From an uncultured Gemmatimonadales bacterium (GTDB lineage: Bacteria; Gemmatimonadota; Gemmatimonadetes; Gemmatimonadales; Gemmatimonadaceae), in contig CAWBZV010000005.1 in the NCBI GenBank assembly GCA_963793305.1, positions 128,001 to 192,000 of the forward strand: a stretch of 64,000 bases of DNA, given 5' to 3'. The notes below the pieces were generated by a model. That model was not told where the DNA came from, ran no database searches, and worked only from the letters and a program-made list of their open reading frames with translations. Of this stretch, positions 18,131 to 29,390 are shown in pieces. The position numbers and the translations under genes are program-made. The stretch's first letter is position 1, and each line of letters opens with the position of its first letter.

Positions 18131-20087
18131 TTACTCCTGGCCGTCGTACTGCGCCTTGAGTGTCGCGACGACATTCGGATCCGCCAACGTCGTCGTGTCC
18201 CCCAGCGTCCGTCCTTCCGCGATATCGCGCAACAACCGCCGCATGATCTTCCCGGACCGCGTTTTCGGCAGATCTGCCGCGAACAGCACGTCATCCGGGC
18301 GCGCGATCGCCCCGATCTTGTCGGCGACGAACTCGCGGAGCTCCTCGCGCAACTCCGGTGACGACTCCCGACCCGAGCGCAACGTCACAAAGGCCGCCAA
18401 TGCCTGGCCCTTGATCGGGTGCGCCCGGCCCACGACGGCGGCCTCGGCGACAGCCGGATGCCCGACGAGAGCAGACTCGACCTCCATCGTACCGATGCGA
18501 TGTCCGGCGACGTTGAGCACGTCATCCACCCGCCCGAGGATCCAGAAATATCCGTCGTCGTCGCGCTTCGCCCCATCACCCGCGAAGTAGAGCTCCGGAC
18601 GACCGGACCACTTCGAAAAATACGTATCGACGTACCGCTTGTCGTCGCCCCAAATCGTGCGCAGCATAGACGGCCACGGCCGGGTCAGTGCCAAAAACCC
18701 CCCACCCACGGGGATGGCCGTCCCCTTCGAATCCAGCAAGTCCGCACTATACCCTGGTAATGGCATAGTAGCGCTTCCGGGCTTCGTCTCGGTGATCGCG
18801 GGCAACGGTGATATCACAATCGCGCCTGTCTCGGTCTGCCACCATGTATCCACGACGGGACACCGGCCACCGCCGATACGCTCCCGATACCACATCCAGG
18901 CCTCGGGATTGATCGGCTCGCCAACTGATCCCAGGAGCCTCAACCGGGATAAATCATGCCGCGCGGGATATTGATCCCCCCATTTCATGAACGCCCGTAT
19001 GGCGGTCGGCGCGGTGTAAAAAATCGTGACGCCGTGCCGCTCGCACATATCCCACATGCGATCTTTGTCCGGCCAATCCGGCGCCCCCTCGTACATGACG
19101 CAGGTGGCCGCGTTGGCCAATGGCCCATACACCAGATACGAGTGCCCGGTGACCCACCCAACGTCCGCCGTACACCAGAACACGTCGTCGGGCTTGAGGT
19201 CGAACACCATCCGCATCGTCGAGGCAACGCCCGTCAGATATCCGCCGGTAGTGTGCACGATGCCTTTCGGCTTCCCGGTGGTGCCGGACGTATACAGGAT
19301 GTACAGCACGTCCTCCGCGTCCATGCGCTCGGGCTCGCACACCATGCCGACTCTGGACATCGCGTCATGCCACCAGAATGTCGCGCCCCTCGTGCATCGG
19401 CGTCGATTCGGCGGCCGAGCCGGAGAAGCGCTGCACGACAAACACGCGCGTGACCGTCGGACACTCCTCGAGCGCGCGATCCGCGTTTCGCTTGAGCGGC
19501 ACGATCTGCCCGCGCCGGAAACCCCCATCGCCCGTGATCAACACCTTGGCACTCGCGTCCTGAATGCGATCGCGCAGGGAGTCGGGCGAAAATCCGCCAA
19601 ACACCACCGAGTGTATCGCGCCGATCCGCGTGCAGGCCAGCATGGCGATCGCCGCTTCGGGCACGAGGGGGAGATAGATCGCGACGCGATCTCCACGATT
19701 GACTCCGTGCGCGCGCAGCACGTTCGCGAACTTGTTGACCTCGACCGACAACTCCCAATAGGTCAACGTGCGCCGATCGCCCGGCTCACCTTCCCAAACG
19801 AACGCCGCCTTGTTGCCAAGGCCAGCGCGGATGTGCCGATCGAGGCAGTTGACCGAGACGTTGAGCGTCCCGCCCACGAACCACCGCACGTGCGGCGGCC
19901 GCCATTCCAACGCCGTCCGCCATGGCGTAAACCATTCGAGACGCTTGGCTTCCTGGCTCCAAAACGCCACCGGATCGGCGTTGGCCTTGTCGTAGATGGC
20001 AGGATCGGCGACTGCTGCCGACTTCGAGAAGGCCGCCGGAGGAGGGAACCGGCGGTGTTCTTCGAGCAGGACGTTGATGTCGGTCAT
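18131..20087 (-). CDS. acs: Acetyl-CoA synthetase, one apparent frameshift near 19377
   Basis: [46 protein letters not shown]; removing one base restores GRDIWWHD. Confidence 0.95.
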
Positions 20088-20244
20088 CGTCGTCGCAATC
20101 TCGCATAAATCACCAATGTCGGCAAAGTGCGGTAGCGAGGCTCGCGCGGACCGGAGCCCGGTCGGAAGCGCCAACCATTGGTGACTTCTCACGTTAGCTC
20201 GGTTGGGACGGCGACGGCACCGTTATCGCGCCTTCTGACGCCAT

Positions 20245-20526
20245 ATGGTGCTCGTGGTGCCGGCCCGCCTGACGATCGAGAACCGGAACGACTTTCGCCG
20301 TGCGCTGCTCGCCTGGATCGACGATGCGATCGCCCACGGCGAGACCGACGTCACGCTCGATATGGAGCTGACCGAAGACCTGGACGTGAGTGCCATCGCG
20401 CTGCTCGTCGCGGTCCAGCAGCGGGCATCGCTGAACAACGTGCACATCACGCTCCGGCACCCGAATGATCGGGTTCGGCAGATGCTGATCCTCTCGCGAA
20501 TGACGACGTTCTTCACGGTCGAGTAG
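20245..20526 (+). CDS. STAS domain (anti-anti-sigma-like) protein
   Basis: VTLDMELTEDLDVSAIALL...LRHPNDRVRQML resembles STAS DxSG motif. Confidence 0.75.
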   Translation: MVLVVPARLTIENRNDFRRALLAWIDDAIAHGETDVTLDMELTEDLDVSAIALLVAVQQRASLNNVHITLRHPNDRVRQMLILSRMTTFFTVE

Positions 20527-20536
20527 ATTCCGCCGC

Positions 20537-21229
20537 GTGGCACCACCGGCTGTCGTCGTCGACAACATCACCCGTTGTTTCGGTCGTCGCACCGCGCTCG
20601 CGGGCGTGAGCTTCACGCTGGACCCGCACCAGTGTCTGGCGATCTTCGGCCCGAACGGCGCGGGCAAGACGACCCTGCTCAAGATCGTGGCCGGCTTGCT
20701 CGCGCCGACCAGCGGCTCGGTCTCGCCGTCGGGTCTCGCCGCGCGCAGCGCCGTCGGATTGATCTCGCACCAGACGATGTTGTACCCGGAGCTCACGGCG
20801 CTCGAAAACGTCGAATTCGCGGCGCGACTGTACGGCGTGGCGGAGCCTCGCGCCGCGTCGCTCGCGTCCCTCGCGTCGCTTGGCGTCCAGGATCGCGCCG
20901 ACACGTTCGTGCGGCAGCTGAGTCGCGGCCTGCAACAGCGCGTGTCGATCGCGCGATCGTTCGTGCATCGTCCGAGCATCGTGTTGCTCGATGAGCCGTT
21001 CACTGGTCTCGATGCCCACGGTGCCCACGTGCTCACCGACGCGCTCGTCCATCTCAAGGACGCGGGTGCCGCCTTGATCCTCGTCACGCACAACATCGAC
21101 GAGGGGCTCGCGCTCGCCACGTGGATCGCAGTTCTCAACGAAGGGCGATTCGCGAGCTACGATGCCAGATCTGGCATCGATCCCGTCACTTACGCCGCGC
21201 GGTATCAGGCCGTACTTTGCCCCCCATGA
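20537..21229 (+). CDS. ccmA: Heme exporter ATP-binding protein CcmA
   Basis: GPNGAGKTT, LYPELTALEN, LSRG.QQR, LLDEPFTGLD; upstream of ccmB/ccmC. Confidence 0.88.
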   Translation: MAPPAVVVDNITRCFGRRTALAGVSFTLDPHQCLAIFGPNGAGKTTLLKIVAGLLAPTSGSVSPSGLAARSAVGLISHQTMLYPELTALENVEFAARLYGVAEPRAASLASLASLGVQDRADTFVRQLSRGLQQRVSIARSFVHRPSIVLLDEPFTGLDAHGAHVLTDALVHLKDAGAALILVTHNIDEGLALATWIAVLNEGRFASYDARSGIDPVTYAARYQAVLCPP

Positions 21230-21912
21230 GGCCGCCGGGGCTCCTCGACGCGGCATGGCTCATCGCGCGGAAAGATCTGCGCATCGAGTTCCGCAGCCGG
21301 AGCGCATTCTTCTCGGCGGCCATCTTTGCGGTCCTCGCGTCGACGATCTTCTTCTTCGCCTGGGACCCCACCGCCGTCGCCGCCGCTGATTTGGCGCCCG
21401 GCGTCCTGTGGGTGATTTTTACGTTCGCGGGAATGCTCGGTCTCCATCGCTCGTTCGGCGCCGAAGTCGCGGATCGCGCGATCGATGGGCTGCTGGTGGC
21501 GCCGATCGACCGGGAGGCCGTGTTCCTCGGGAAGGCGCTCGCCAACCTCGTCTTCGTGCTCGCGGTGCAGGCGCTCGCCATCCCGGCCGTCGGCATCATG
21601 TACAACGTGCCCCTCACGCACATCGCGGGGCCGTTGGCGGGCATCGCGGTGCTCGCCGCGATCGGTCTCGTGGCGGTCGGCACGCTGTTCAGCGCGATGA
21701 CCGTGAACACGCGGTTCGCCGAGTTGCTGCTGCCAATGCTGTCGCTGCCATTTTTCGTTCCCGTCGTCATCGCCGCCGCCCAATCGACCGAGAAACTGCT
21801 GAGCGGTCGGCCAGTCAGCGAGGTGGCGGGATGGCTGGAGGTGCTGGCATCTTTCGACCTCGTCTTCGTCTACGCATGCACGCTCGCTTTCCCAGCCACG
21901 CTCGAGCACTAG
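21226..21912 (+). CDS. ccmB: Heme exporter protein CcmB
   Basis: KDLRIEFRS, PGVLW, VFLGKALAN, LLLPML.LP..VPVVI. Confidence 0.9.
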   Translation: MRPPGLLDAAWLIARKDLRIEFRSRSAFFSAAIFAVLASTIFFFAWDPTAVAAADLAPGVLWVIFTFAGMLGLHRSFGAEVADRAIDGLLVAPIDREAVFLGKALANLVFVLAVQALAIPAVGIMYNVPLTHIAGPLAGIAVLAAIGLVAVGTLFSAMTVNTRFAELLLPMLSLPFFVPVVIAAAQSTEKLLSGRPVSEVAGWLEVLASFDLVFVYACTLAFPATLEH

Positions 21913-22580
21913 GGCCCCCGCCGTCTCCCGTCTGGCCATTCGATTGGTCGATCGGGCTCGCCGCATTCGCGGTGATCGGCGTCGCCATCCGCGCGATTTG
22001 GTTCACGCCGATCGAGGCGCGACAAGGGCCCGCGCAAAAAATTTTCTACATTCACCCACCGTCGGCCTTCGTGGGCATATGGATCGGGTTCGGCCTCATG
22101 GCGGTCGCGAGCGGCGTGTACCTCTGGTTGCGCGATGAGCGAGCCGATGCGTTCGCGGAGAGCTCCGGCGAAGTCGGCCTCGCATTTCTCACGGTCGCCC
22201 TCATCACGGGACCGATCTGGGGCAAGACCGTGTGGGGGACGTGGTGGACGTGGGACGCGAGGCTCACGTCGACATTGTTCTTGTGGTTTCTCGTCGCCGG
22301 TTACCTGGTCCTTCGCGGCGCGATCGAGGACCCCGAGCTGCGCGCGCGCTACTCGGCCGTCCTGGCACTGCTCTCCGTGCCGCTCATCGGCTTCATTCAC
22401 TTCAGCGTCTACTTCTTCCGCACGCTGCACCCGATGCCGATCGTCGCCAAGCCCTCGGCCCCATCGCTGCCGCCAGAGATGCTGACGACGTTCGGCCTGG
22501 CGTTGGTCGCGATGCTGCTCCTGTACATCGCGCTCGTGCGCGCCCGGTATCGGTTGGCGTTGACGAGGGCGGGCCTATGA
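21876..22580 (+). CDS. ccmC: Cytochrome c biogenesis protein CcmC
   Basis: IFYIHPP, TGPIWGKTVWGTWWTWDARLT (WWD motif), RTLHP. Confidence 0.93.
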   Translation: MHARFPSHARALGPPPSPVWPFDWSIGLAAFAVIGVAIRAIWFTPIEARQGPAQKIFYIHPPSAFVGIWIGFGLMAVASGVYLWLRDERADAFAESSGEVGLAFLTVALITGPIWGKTVWGTWWTWDARLTSTLFLWFLVAGYLVLRGAIEDPELRARYSAVLALLSVPLIGFIHFSVYFFRTLHPMPIVAKPSAPSLPPEMLTTFGLALVAMLLLYIALVRARYRLALTRAGL

Positions 22581-22687
22581 TCCCCGATAACGCCATCTAC
22601 TTCGAGGTCGCCTACGTGGCCGCCGCGGTCATCTACGGCGCGTACGCTGTGAGCATCTGGTGGCGCGCGCGACGATTCCGGCGGTAA
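22577..22687 (+). CDS. ccmD: CcmD-like small membrane protein
   Basis: 36 aa, YFEVAY..hydrophobic..basic tail, translationally coupled between ccmC and cobA. Confidence 0.7.
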   Translation: MIPDNAIYFEVAYVAAAVIYGAYAVSIWWRARRFRR

Positions 22688-24148
22688 TGGTCTATCTCGT
22701 TGGCGCGGGACCAGGCGATCCGAGGTTGATCACCGTCCGAGGCCAGGAGCTTCTGGCGACGTGCAATGTCGTGGTCTACGACGCGCTCGTGAGCCCAGGA
22801 CTCTACGCCACCGCCAAGGACGCCCGTGGCGTCGGCAAGCGCGGTGGCGACGACGCCTCGGCGTCCCAAGCTGATATCAACGCGCTCCTCATAGACCTCG
22901 CGCGGGAGGGAAAAAGCGTCGTTCGCCTCAAAGGCGGCGACCCGTTCGTGTTCGGCCGCGGCAGCGAAGAGGCTCAGGCATTGGCGGCGGCCGGCATCCC
23001 ATTCGAGATCGTCCCCGGTGTCACCGCGGGCGTCGCCGCACCAGCCTACGCCGGAATCCCGGTCACCCATCGAGGGATCGCGACCTCCGTTACGTTCGTC
23101 ACTGGCAGTGAAGATCCGAACGAAACCCGATACGCAGACGGAGTGGTCCGCGCTGGCGCGGGTTGGTGGTACGATCGTGTTGTACATGGGCGTCCGTCAT
23201 CTCCGCGAGATCACGGATCGTCTCATTGCAGGCGGTTTGAGTCCGGACACCCCGGCCGCCGGGATACAATGGGGGACGCTGCCGACACAACGCACGGTCG
23301 TCGCCACGCTGTCGACGCTGGCGGCGGCCGATCTGGCATCACCCCTCATCGTCGTCATCGGTCAGACGGTTGACCTGCGCGAGACGATCGCTTGGTTCGA
23401 TCGCCGACCGCTGTTCGGCCGGCGCATTCTCGTGACGCGTGCGTCTCAACGTGTGGGCTCGCTCTCCGATCGCCTGCGCGACGCCGGCGCCAACGTCGTC
23501 GAGATGCCGTCCACGCGCATTTCCCCTCTCGACGCCGCCGCCCTCCACAACGCGATCCGTCGGTTGCCCAGCTATCAGCACGTGCTCTTCACGAGCCAAA
23601 CCGCCGTGGGATTTTTCTGGGACGCGCTTCGCGCGGTCTCACTCGACGCACGTGCGCTCGCCGGCCTCACGGTGACCGCTATCGGTCCAGCGACTGCCGA
23701 TGCGCTCGTCTCCCACGGTATCGCACCAGACGTCATCCCAGATCGGTTCGTCGCCGAGGGTGTAGTCGACGCACTCCGCGATCGCGTCGATGGCGCGCAC
23801 ATATTGTATCCTGCCGCCGAAGGTGGCCGGGACGTCTTGCCGGATGGTCTGCGAGCCGCGGGTGCGACGGTGGATGTGGTACACGTGTATCGCTCTGAGC
23901 CGATCAAAGGCGCGGTCACTCCGGAAGATCTCGATCTCGTGACCTTCACGTCGGCGTCTACTGTGACGGGCTATGTCGAATCAGTAGGCGATGACCAAGC
24001 CCGCCGGGCTCCCGCGGCGACGATCGGGCCGATCACGAGCGACGCCGCGCGAGCGGCAGGAATCACGGTCGCGATCGAGTCTCCGACCGCGTCGATACCA
24101 GCGCTCGTCGAAGCAATTAAGCAGTACTATGCGAATCGGCACACGTAA
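22687..24148 (+). CDS. Uroporphyrinogen-III C-methyltransferase / uroporphyrinogen-III synthase fusion (CobA-HemD), apparent frameshift near 23119
   Basis: VYLVGAGPGDP, RLKGGDPFVFGRG.EE; then RPLFGRRILVTR, AIGPATA, FTSAST. Confidence 0.9.
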
Positions 24149-24977
24149 GTCCGCGCTGGCGCTGGAGCAAGCGCACCAAGTGCAAGCCGCGCTCGCCGCA
24201 CGCGGCGTCGAGAGCGAGCTCGTGCCCTTCACGACGCTCGGCGATCGGCGTCTCGACGCCTCGTTCCTGGAGATCGGCGCCAAAGGCCTGTTCACGAAGG
24301 AGCTCGAAGTCGCCCTCGCGGAAGGGGCGATCGATTGCGCCGTGCACTCGTTCAAGGACCTGCCCACGGACACGGTGGGCGTGGTCGCGGTGCTCCCCCG
24401 CGCGGATCCACGCGATGTCGTTGTCGGCGTCGCGATCGCCGATCTCCCACCAGGATCTCGCGTGGGAACATTGAGCCTGCGTCGCCGGGCGCAACTCAGG
24501 GCGATCCGTCCGGATCTCGAGCTCGTCGAGTTTCGGGGCAATGTCCCGACCCGACTCCGCAAGGTCGCCGAAGGCCAGGTCCGCTCAGCCATTTTGGCCG
24601 CTGCGGGCCTCATTCGCCTGGGTGCGACCCAGCATATCACGGCTTACCTCGACCCGCCGGACTGGCTGCCGGCCCCAGGGCAGGGTGCCATCGCCATTCA
24701 GGCCCGTGTTGGCGGCGATGCCGCGAAAGTGCTCGCGCCGCTCAACGACCCCGACACCATGCGCGATGTGACCGCCGAGCGGTCGATGCTCGCCGCGCTC
24801 GATGGCGGGTGTCAGGTGCCCATTGGCGGCCTGGTTCTGCGCGGCGTCCTATACGGGCTTATCGCCGACGTTGACGGTGCCCGGGTGGTGCGCGGCTCAG
24901 AGCCCGTCGACCCTGCGAATCCGGCCGCCGCCGGACTGGCGCTCGCCGCTAAATTGAGGGAATGGACGCGTTCCTGA
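24129..24977 (+). CDS. hemC: Hydroxymethylbilane synthase
   Basis: [48 protein letters not shown]. Confidence 0.95.
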   Translation: MRIGTRKSALALEQAHQVQAALAARGVESELVPFTTLGDRRLDASFLEIGAKGLFTKELEVALAEGAIDCAVHSFKDLPTDTVGVVAVLPRADPRDVVVGVAIADLPPGSRVGTLSLRRRAQLRAIRPDLELVEFRGNVPTRLRKVAEGQVRSAILAAAGLIRLGATQHITAYLDPPDWLPAPGQGAIAIQARVGGDAAKVLAPLNDPDTMRDVTAERSMLAALDGGCQVPIGGLVLRGVLYGLIADVDGARVVRGSEPVDPANPAAAGLALAAKLREWTRS

Positions 24978-25972
24978 CTGACCGCGAGACCGCCTCATTG
25001 ACGATCCGGCCGCGCCGGCTGCGTCGCACGGCGTCGCTCCGGCGCCTCGTTCGCGAGACCCGCTTGGACCCCGCGCAGCTGGTCCTGCCGGTCTTCGTAC
25101 GCACCGGCGCCAATGTCCGCATTCCCATCTCCTCGATGCCCGGCGTCGCCCAGACGTCGATCGACGAGATGCTGCGCGACGCGAGCGCGGCGGCCGAATC
25201 GGGCGTTGGCGGTGTGATCCTGTTTGGTATCCCGGACACCAAGGACGACGAGGGCTCAGGCGCATGGGACGAGTACGGCGCCGTGCAGCAGGGTATCCGG
25301 GCGCTCAAGCGCGAGTTTCCCGAGCTCGTCGTGATCGCCGACGTGTGCTTGTGTGAGTACACCTCGCACGGTCACTGCGGGATCCTGCGCGACGGCATCG
25401 TCGACAACGATGCCACGCTGCCGCTGCTCGCCCGTGCGGCGTTGTCGCATGCCCAGGCGGGCGCCGACATCGTCGCTCCGAGCGACATGATGGACGGACG
25501 CGTGGCGGCCATTCGCTTAGGCCTCGATGGCGCGGGTCACTCGGACACCGCGATCCTGAGCTACGCGGCGAAATACGCCTCGGCGTTCTACGGGCCATTC
25601 CGCGAAGCGGCCGAGTCGACGCCAAAGACGGGCGATCGCCGAAGCCATCAGATGGATCCCGCGAACGGCGATGAAGCGTTGCGGGAGGTCGCGCTCGATA
25701 TCGACGAAGGCGCCAATGCCATCCTGGTCAAGCCCGCGGGCCCGTATCTCGACATCGTGCACCGGGTCAAGGAAGCCACCGGGTACCCGGTCGCGGCGTA
25801 TCAGGTGAGTGGTGAGTACGCGATGGTGCAAGCGGCGGCCGAGCGGGGTTGGCTCGATGGCGACCGCGCGATGATGGAATCACTGATCGGCATCCGCCGC
25901 GCGGGCGCCGATTTCATTCTGACGTATTTCGCCACGACTGCCGCGCGTCTCATTCGGCGCGGCTGGGAGTAA
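24962..25972 (+). CDS. hemB: Porphobilinogen synthase
   Basis: [46 protein letters not shown]. Confidence 0.97.
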   Translation: MDAFLTDRETASLTIRPRRLRRTASLRRLVRETRLDPAQLVLPVFVRTGANVRIPISSMPGVAQTSIDEMLRDASAAAESGVGGVILFGIPDTKDDEGSGAWDEYGAVQQGIRALKREFPELVVIADVCLCEYTSHGHCGILRDGIVDNDATLPLLARAALSHAQAGADIVAPSDMMDGRVAAIRLGLDGAGHSDTAILSYAAKYASAFYGPFREAAESTPKTGDRRSHQMDPANGDEALREVALDIDEGANAILVKPAGPYLDIVHRVKEATGYPVAAYQVSGEYAMVQAAAERGWLDGDRAMMESLIGIRRAGADFILTYFATTAARLIRRGWE

Positions 25973-25973
25973 C

Positions 25974-27014
25974 ATGCGCTATCGCACGTTCCCGGGAACC
26001 AACGTCACGGTGAGCGAGGTCGGGTTCGGCAACTGGACCACTTCGACCGGCTGGTGGGGCGAGATGTCGGATGAGGATGCGATCTCACTGCACCGCAGGG
26101 CACTGGACGATCACGGGATCACGTTCTTCGACACCGCCGATGCCTATGCGAATGGCCGGGGTGAGCGTCAACTCTCCGCGGCCTTCGCCGGTCGCCGCTC
26201 AGAAGTCGTGTACGCGACAAAGATTGGCTATGACATATACGATGCCGAGGCGCGTGTCTCCCGGCGTGGCCAATCAGAGTTGCCGATGCGTACCGACCCG
26301 GCATATCTCCGCCTAGCGGTTGATCGGTGCCTGGAGCGCCTGGAGACCGACTATCTCGATGTGCTGCAGATCCACAACGTAAAGATGGAACACGTGCGCG
26401 ACCCCGAGCTCTGGGCCACCTTGCGCGATCTCAAGCGCGAGGGAAAGATCCGCGTGTGGGGCGCCGCCTTCGGCCCCGCGATCGGTTGGCTCTACGAGGC
26501 AATCGAGCTGTGTGAGCGCGAGCCGGATATCGGGATGATCCAGATGATCTGGAACATCCTCGAGCAACATCCCGGCACCGCGATGATCGACGCCGCGCGC
26601 CGCTCAGCGCCGCACTGTGCCTTCACGATCCGCGTGACGCACGCCTCCGGGATGCTCGAAGGTCACTACACCGAGGACACGGTGTTCGGGGAGAACGACC
26701 ACCGCCGCCATCGCCCACGGTCATGGTTGATCAACGGCCTCCAGAAAATCCGTACGCTGGATTTCCTGACGACCGAGATGACCTTGGGCCAAGCCGCGCT
26801 CAAGTGGCTCCTCGCCGAGCCACTCGTGATGTCGACGCTGCCCAATATCTACGACGCCACGCAGCTCGCCGAGTTCGCGGCCGCCAGCGACGCGCCGGAC
26901 CTGACCAGGGCGCAGCTCCAACGCGTCGCCGAGCTCGCAGCCGCCAACTTCGGCGTCGACGAGCCGCCGATGGCGTACAAGGGCACAATGGAGCGCCCTA
27001 CCGCCGCCGTTTAA
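25974..27014 (+). CDS. Aldo/keto reductase
   Basis: VSEVGFG, FFDTADAY, ATK, LETDYLDVLQIHN, GKIR. Confidence 0.9.
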   Translation: MRYRTFPGTNVTVSEVGFGNWTTSTGWWGEMSDEDAISLHRRALDDHGITFFDTADAYANGRGERQLSAAFAGRRSEVVYATKIGYDIYDAEARVSRRGQSELPMRTDPAYLRLAVDRCLERLETDYLDVLQIHNVKMEHVRDPELWATLRDLKREGKIRVWGAAFGPAIGWLYEAIELCEREPDIGMIQMIWNILEQHPGTAMIDAARRSAPHCAFTIRVTHASGMLEGHYTEDTVFGENDHRRHRPRSWLINGLQKIRTLDFLTTEMTLGQAALKWLLAEPLVMSTLPNIYDATQLAEFAAASDAPDLTRAQLQRVAELAAANFGVDEPPMAYKGTMERPTAAV

Positions 27015-28255
27015 TCGATGCGCCGGAACACGAGCGACGCGTTGATGCCGCCGAAGCCGAACGAATTGGACAGGACGTGCTCGACGCGCTGATCCCGGCC
27101 AACTGTCGGGATGTAATCCAGATCGCACTCCCGGTCGGGCTCTTCGAGATTGATCGTCGGCGGCAGCCACTCGTGGGTGAGACTCAGCGAGCAGATCGCG
27201 GCCTCGATGGCCCCGGACGCCCCCAGCGCGTGTCCGTAGTATCCCTTGGTCCCACTGACCGGCACCTTGTACGCCCACTCGCCGAACACCTGCTTGATCG
27301 CCGACGTCTCGGTCGGATCATTGAGCGGCGTCGAGCTGCCGTGCGCGTTCACGTAGCCGATCTCGCCGGGCTCCAACTCCGCATCGCGGAGCGCGAGCCG
27401 GATCGACCGGGCGGCTTGCGTCCCACTGGGCAGCGGCGCGGTCATATGATACGCGTCGTTCGTCGTCCCGTACCCGACGATCTCGGCGTACATGGGCGCT
27501 CCCCGCGCCACGGCCCGCGTGTGCTCCTCGAGCACGAGGACGACCGCGGCTTCGCCCATCACGAAGCCGTCTCGATCCTTGTCGAAAGGGCGCGAAGCGT
27601 GTCCGGGGTCATCGTTCCGCGTCGACATTGCCCGAATCAAGGCAAACGCGCCGAAACAAAGCGGAGCCAACGGGGTCTCCGACGCGCCGCAGAGCATCGC
27701 GTCGGCATAGCCGTCGCGGATCAACCGGTAGGCGTCACCAATCGCCATGGTGCCGGACGCACAACTCATCGCGTTCGTCGAGTTCGGCCCGGAAATCCCG
27801 AACTCGATCGCGATATTGCAGCTCGACGCACCGCCGTAGACGGCCAATGCCACGATCGGGTCGACGGCCCGGAGGCCGCCCGCCAAAAACCGGGCGGACT
27901 GCTCCTCGGCGAACGCGACGCCACCGAGCGCCGATCCCATGTTCGCGCCGACGCGGTCGCGATCTTCCCGTGAGAGATCGAGCGCGGCGTCCTCCAGCGC
28001 CATCCGCGCCGCGACGACCGAGAACTGCCCAAACCGGTCGAGCCGCTTGGCGCGCTTGGCCTCGATATGATCGCTGGCGACGAAGTCGCAGACTTCGGCG
28101 GCCACTTGGCTGCGGAACTGGGACGCGTCGAACCGCGTGACAGGGCCGACCGCCGATTGCTCGCGGCGGAGTCCTTGCCACAGCCCGTCCCGCGTCAATC
28201 CGATTGGCGTGATCGCGCCGATTCCCGTCACGACGACCCGGCGTCGAAGCGTCAT
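27011..28255 (-). CDS. Beta-ketoacyl-ACP synthase II (FabF-type / type II ketosynthase)
   Basis: RRVVVTGIG, SCASG (catalytic Cys), RPFDKDRDGFV, NAHGSST, GHALGASG, SNSFGFGG. Confidence 0.92.
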   Translation of the reverse strand: MTLRRRVVVTGIGAITPIGLTRDGLWQGLRREQSAVGPVTRFDASQFRSQVAAEVCDFVASDHIEAKRAKRLDRFGQFSVVAARMALEDAALDLSREDRDRVGANMGSALGGVAFAEEQSARFLAGGLRAVDPIVALAVYGGASSCNIAIEFGISGPNSTNAMSCASGTMAIGDAYRLIRDGYADAMLCGASETPLAPLCFGAFALIRAMSTRNDDPGHASRPFDKDRDGFVMGEAAVVLVLEEHTRAVARGAPMYAEIVGYGTTNDAYHMTAPLPSGTQAARSIRLALRDAELEPGEIGYVNAHGSSTPLNDPTETSAIKQVFGEWAYKVPVSGTKGYYGHALGASGAIEAAICSLSLTHEWLPPTINLEEPDRECDLDYIPTVGRDQRVEHVLSNSFGFGGINASLVFRRID

Positions 28256-28707
28256 ACGCGTTCTCCCGTCCCTCGTTCAGCCACACCGGCCAGTCCGGCG
28301 AGGGTGCGCGACGCTATGCCATGCACGAAGACCGGCCCGATGACGCCCCGCGCGGCCAGCCCAGAGATGAGCGGCCAGCGTGGCCCGTCCCACTCATGGA
28401 CAATACGCACGTGCGTCCCATCGCGGCGGGGTGCAAAAGACCAGAGCACGTCCATACCGGTCGTTATTCCCTCGATGTGGCGATAGCGGATTTCGACGTC
28501 CCTTTCGGCATTCATCTCGGACACCCACCGCGTTGGCCAGTTCGCGGGACCAAACGGGCGGTTGGCCGACATCTCGACGATGCCGGTCGTCCGGAATCGC
28601 ACGTAGCGGTAATGCGAAAGCAGTGCCGGCCATCGCTCGACATCGGCGGCCAGGGCATAGATCCGATCGAGCGGAGAGCGCACCAGCTGCTCGTCGATGG
28701 TTTTCAT
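28252..28707 (-). CDS. SRPBCC/START polyketide cyclase-aromatase-like protein
   Basis: IYALAADVERWPALL, WVS, GMDVLWSF, VRIVHEW. Confidence 0.8.
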   Translation of the reverse strand: MKTIDEQLVRSPLDRIYALAADVERWPALLSHYRYVRFRTTGIVEMSANRPFGPANWPTRWVSEMNAERDVEIRYRHIEGITTGMDVLWSFAPRRDGTHVRIVHEWDGPRWPLISGLAARGVIGPVFVHGIASRTLAGLAGVAERGTGERV

Positions 28708-29390
28708 GTTGGGGCCCATGCCGCAGCCACCCGAAATCCCAAATACTCGCGGATGCGCGGCTGGGCGCCGGTGGCCGAGCGCACGATGGTGCCGAGCTCG
28801 CCAGGGGTAAACCCGCGCCGGATGGACATAATGCCGTCGTGGCGGCTCACCGGATGAAACCCGAGCACAAACGAGAATAGCCAGAGCCCGGCTACGGCGA
28901 GGTCGGAACGCAACAGGTCGCTGACAATGACCCCAACCCGAGCCACACGGTTGAGCTCCTGAAGCAACGCGACCGCATCGTGATCGAAGAAGTGATGCAG
29001 CACCTGCGAGCAGATCACGACATTGACGCTGTGACTGGCAAAGGGCAGGAAGCGGCCATCTCCGACGACGGCCGCTCTCATGGACGTGCGTGCCGCCGCC
29101 GCGAGCCACTCGGCTGCCTCGAGCCCCACGGTGTCGAGCGTGACGCCCCTCCGCGCGGCCACCTCGCGCGCGCGGCGCGGAATGTCACCCATGCCGGTCC
29201 CGACGTTCGAGCAACGTCGCCCGTTTGGGCAACGATGGCATGATCGACTCCAGCTCGTACATGACCGCTCGCGTGCCGCCCATGAGCGAATTGGCGAGCA
29301 TGACGTTGCGCAGCGAGCGACGCGCGAGCGCCGGATCGACGTCCGGCGCGTCGAGTATCTCGTCCCCGTCGGGACGGATGCGCGGGTCAG
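28704..29390 (-). CDS. SAM-dependent methyltransferase, frameshifted in this sequence
   Basis: EILD..RSL..N..GG, LLDVGTGMGD (after removing one base near 29206), LPF, LHHF, SDLLR, HDG..SIRRGFT; start uncertain. Confidence 0.82.
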   Translation of the reverse strand: MTRASVPTGTRYSTRRTSIRRSRVARCATSCSPIRSWAARERSCTSWSRSCHRCPNGRRCSNVGTGMGDIPRRAREVAARRGVTLDTVGLEAAEWLAAAARTSMRAAVVGDGRFLPFASHSVNVVICSQVLHHFFDHDAVALLQELNRVARVGVIVSDLLRSDLAVAGLWLFSFVLGFHPVSRHDGIMSIRRGFTPGELGTIVRSATGAQPRIREYLGFRVAAAWAPT

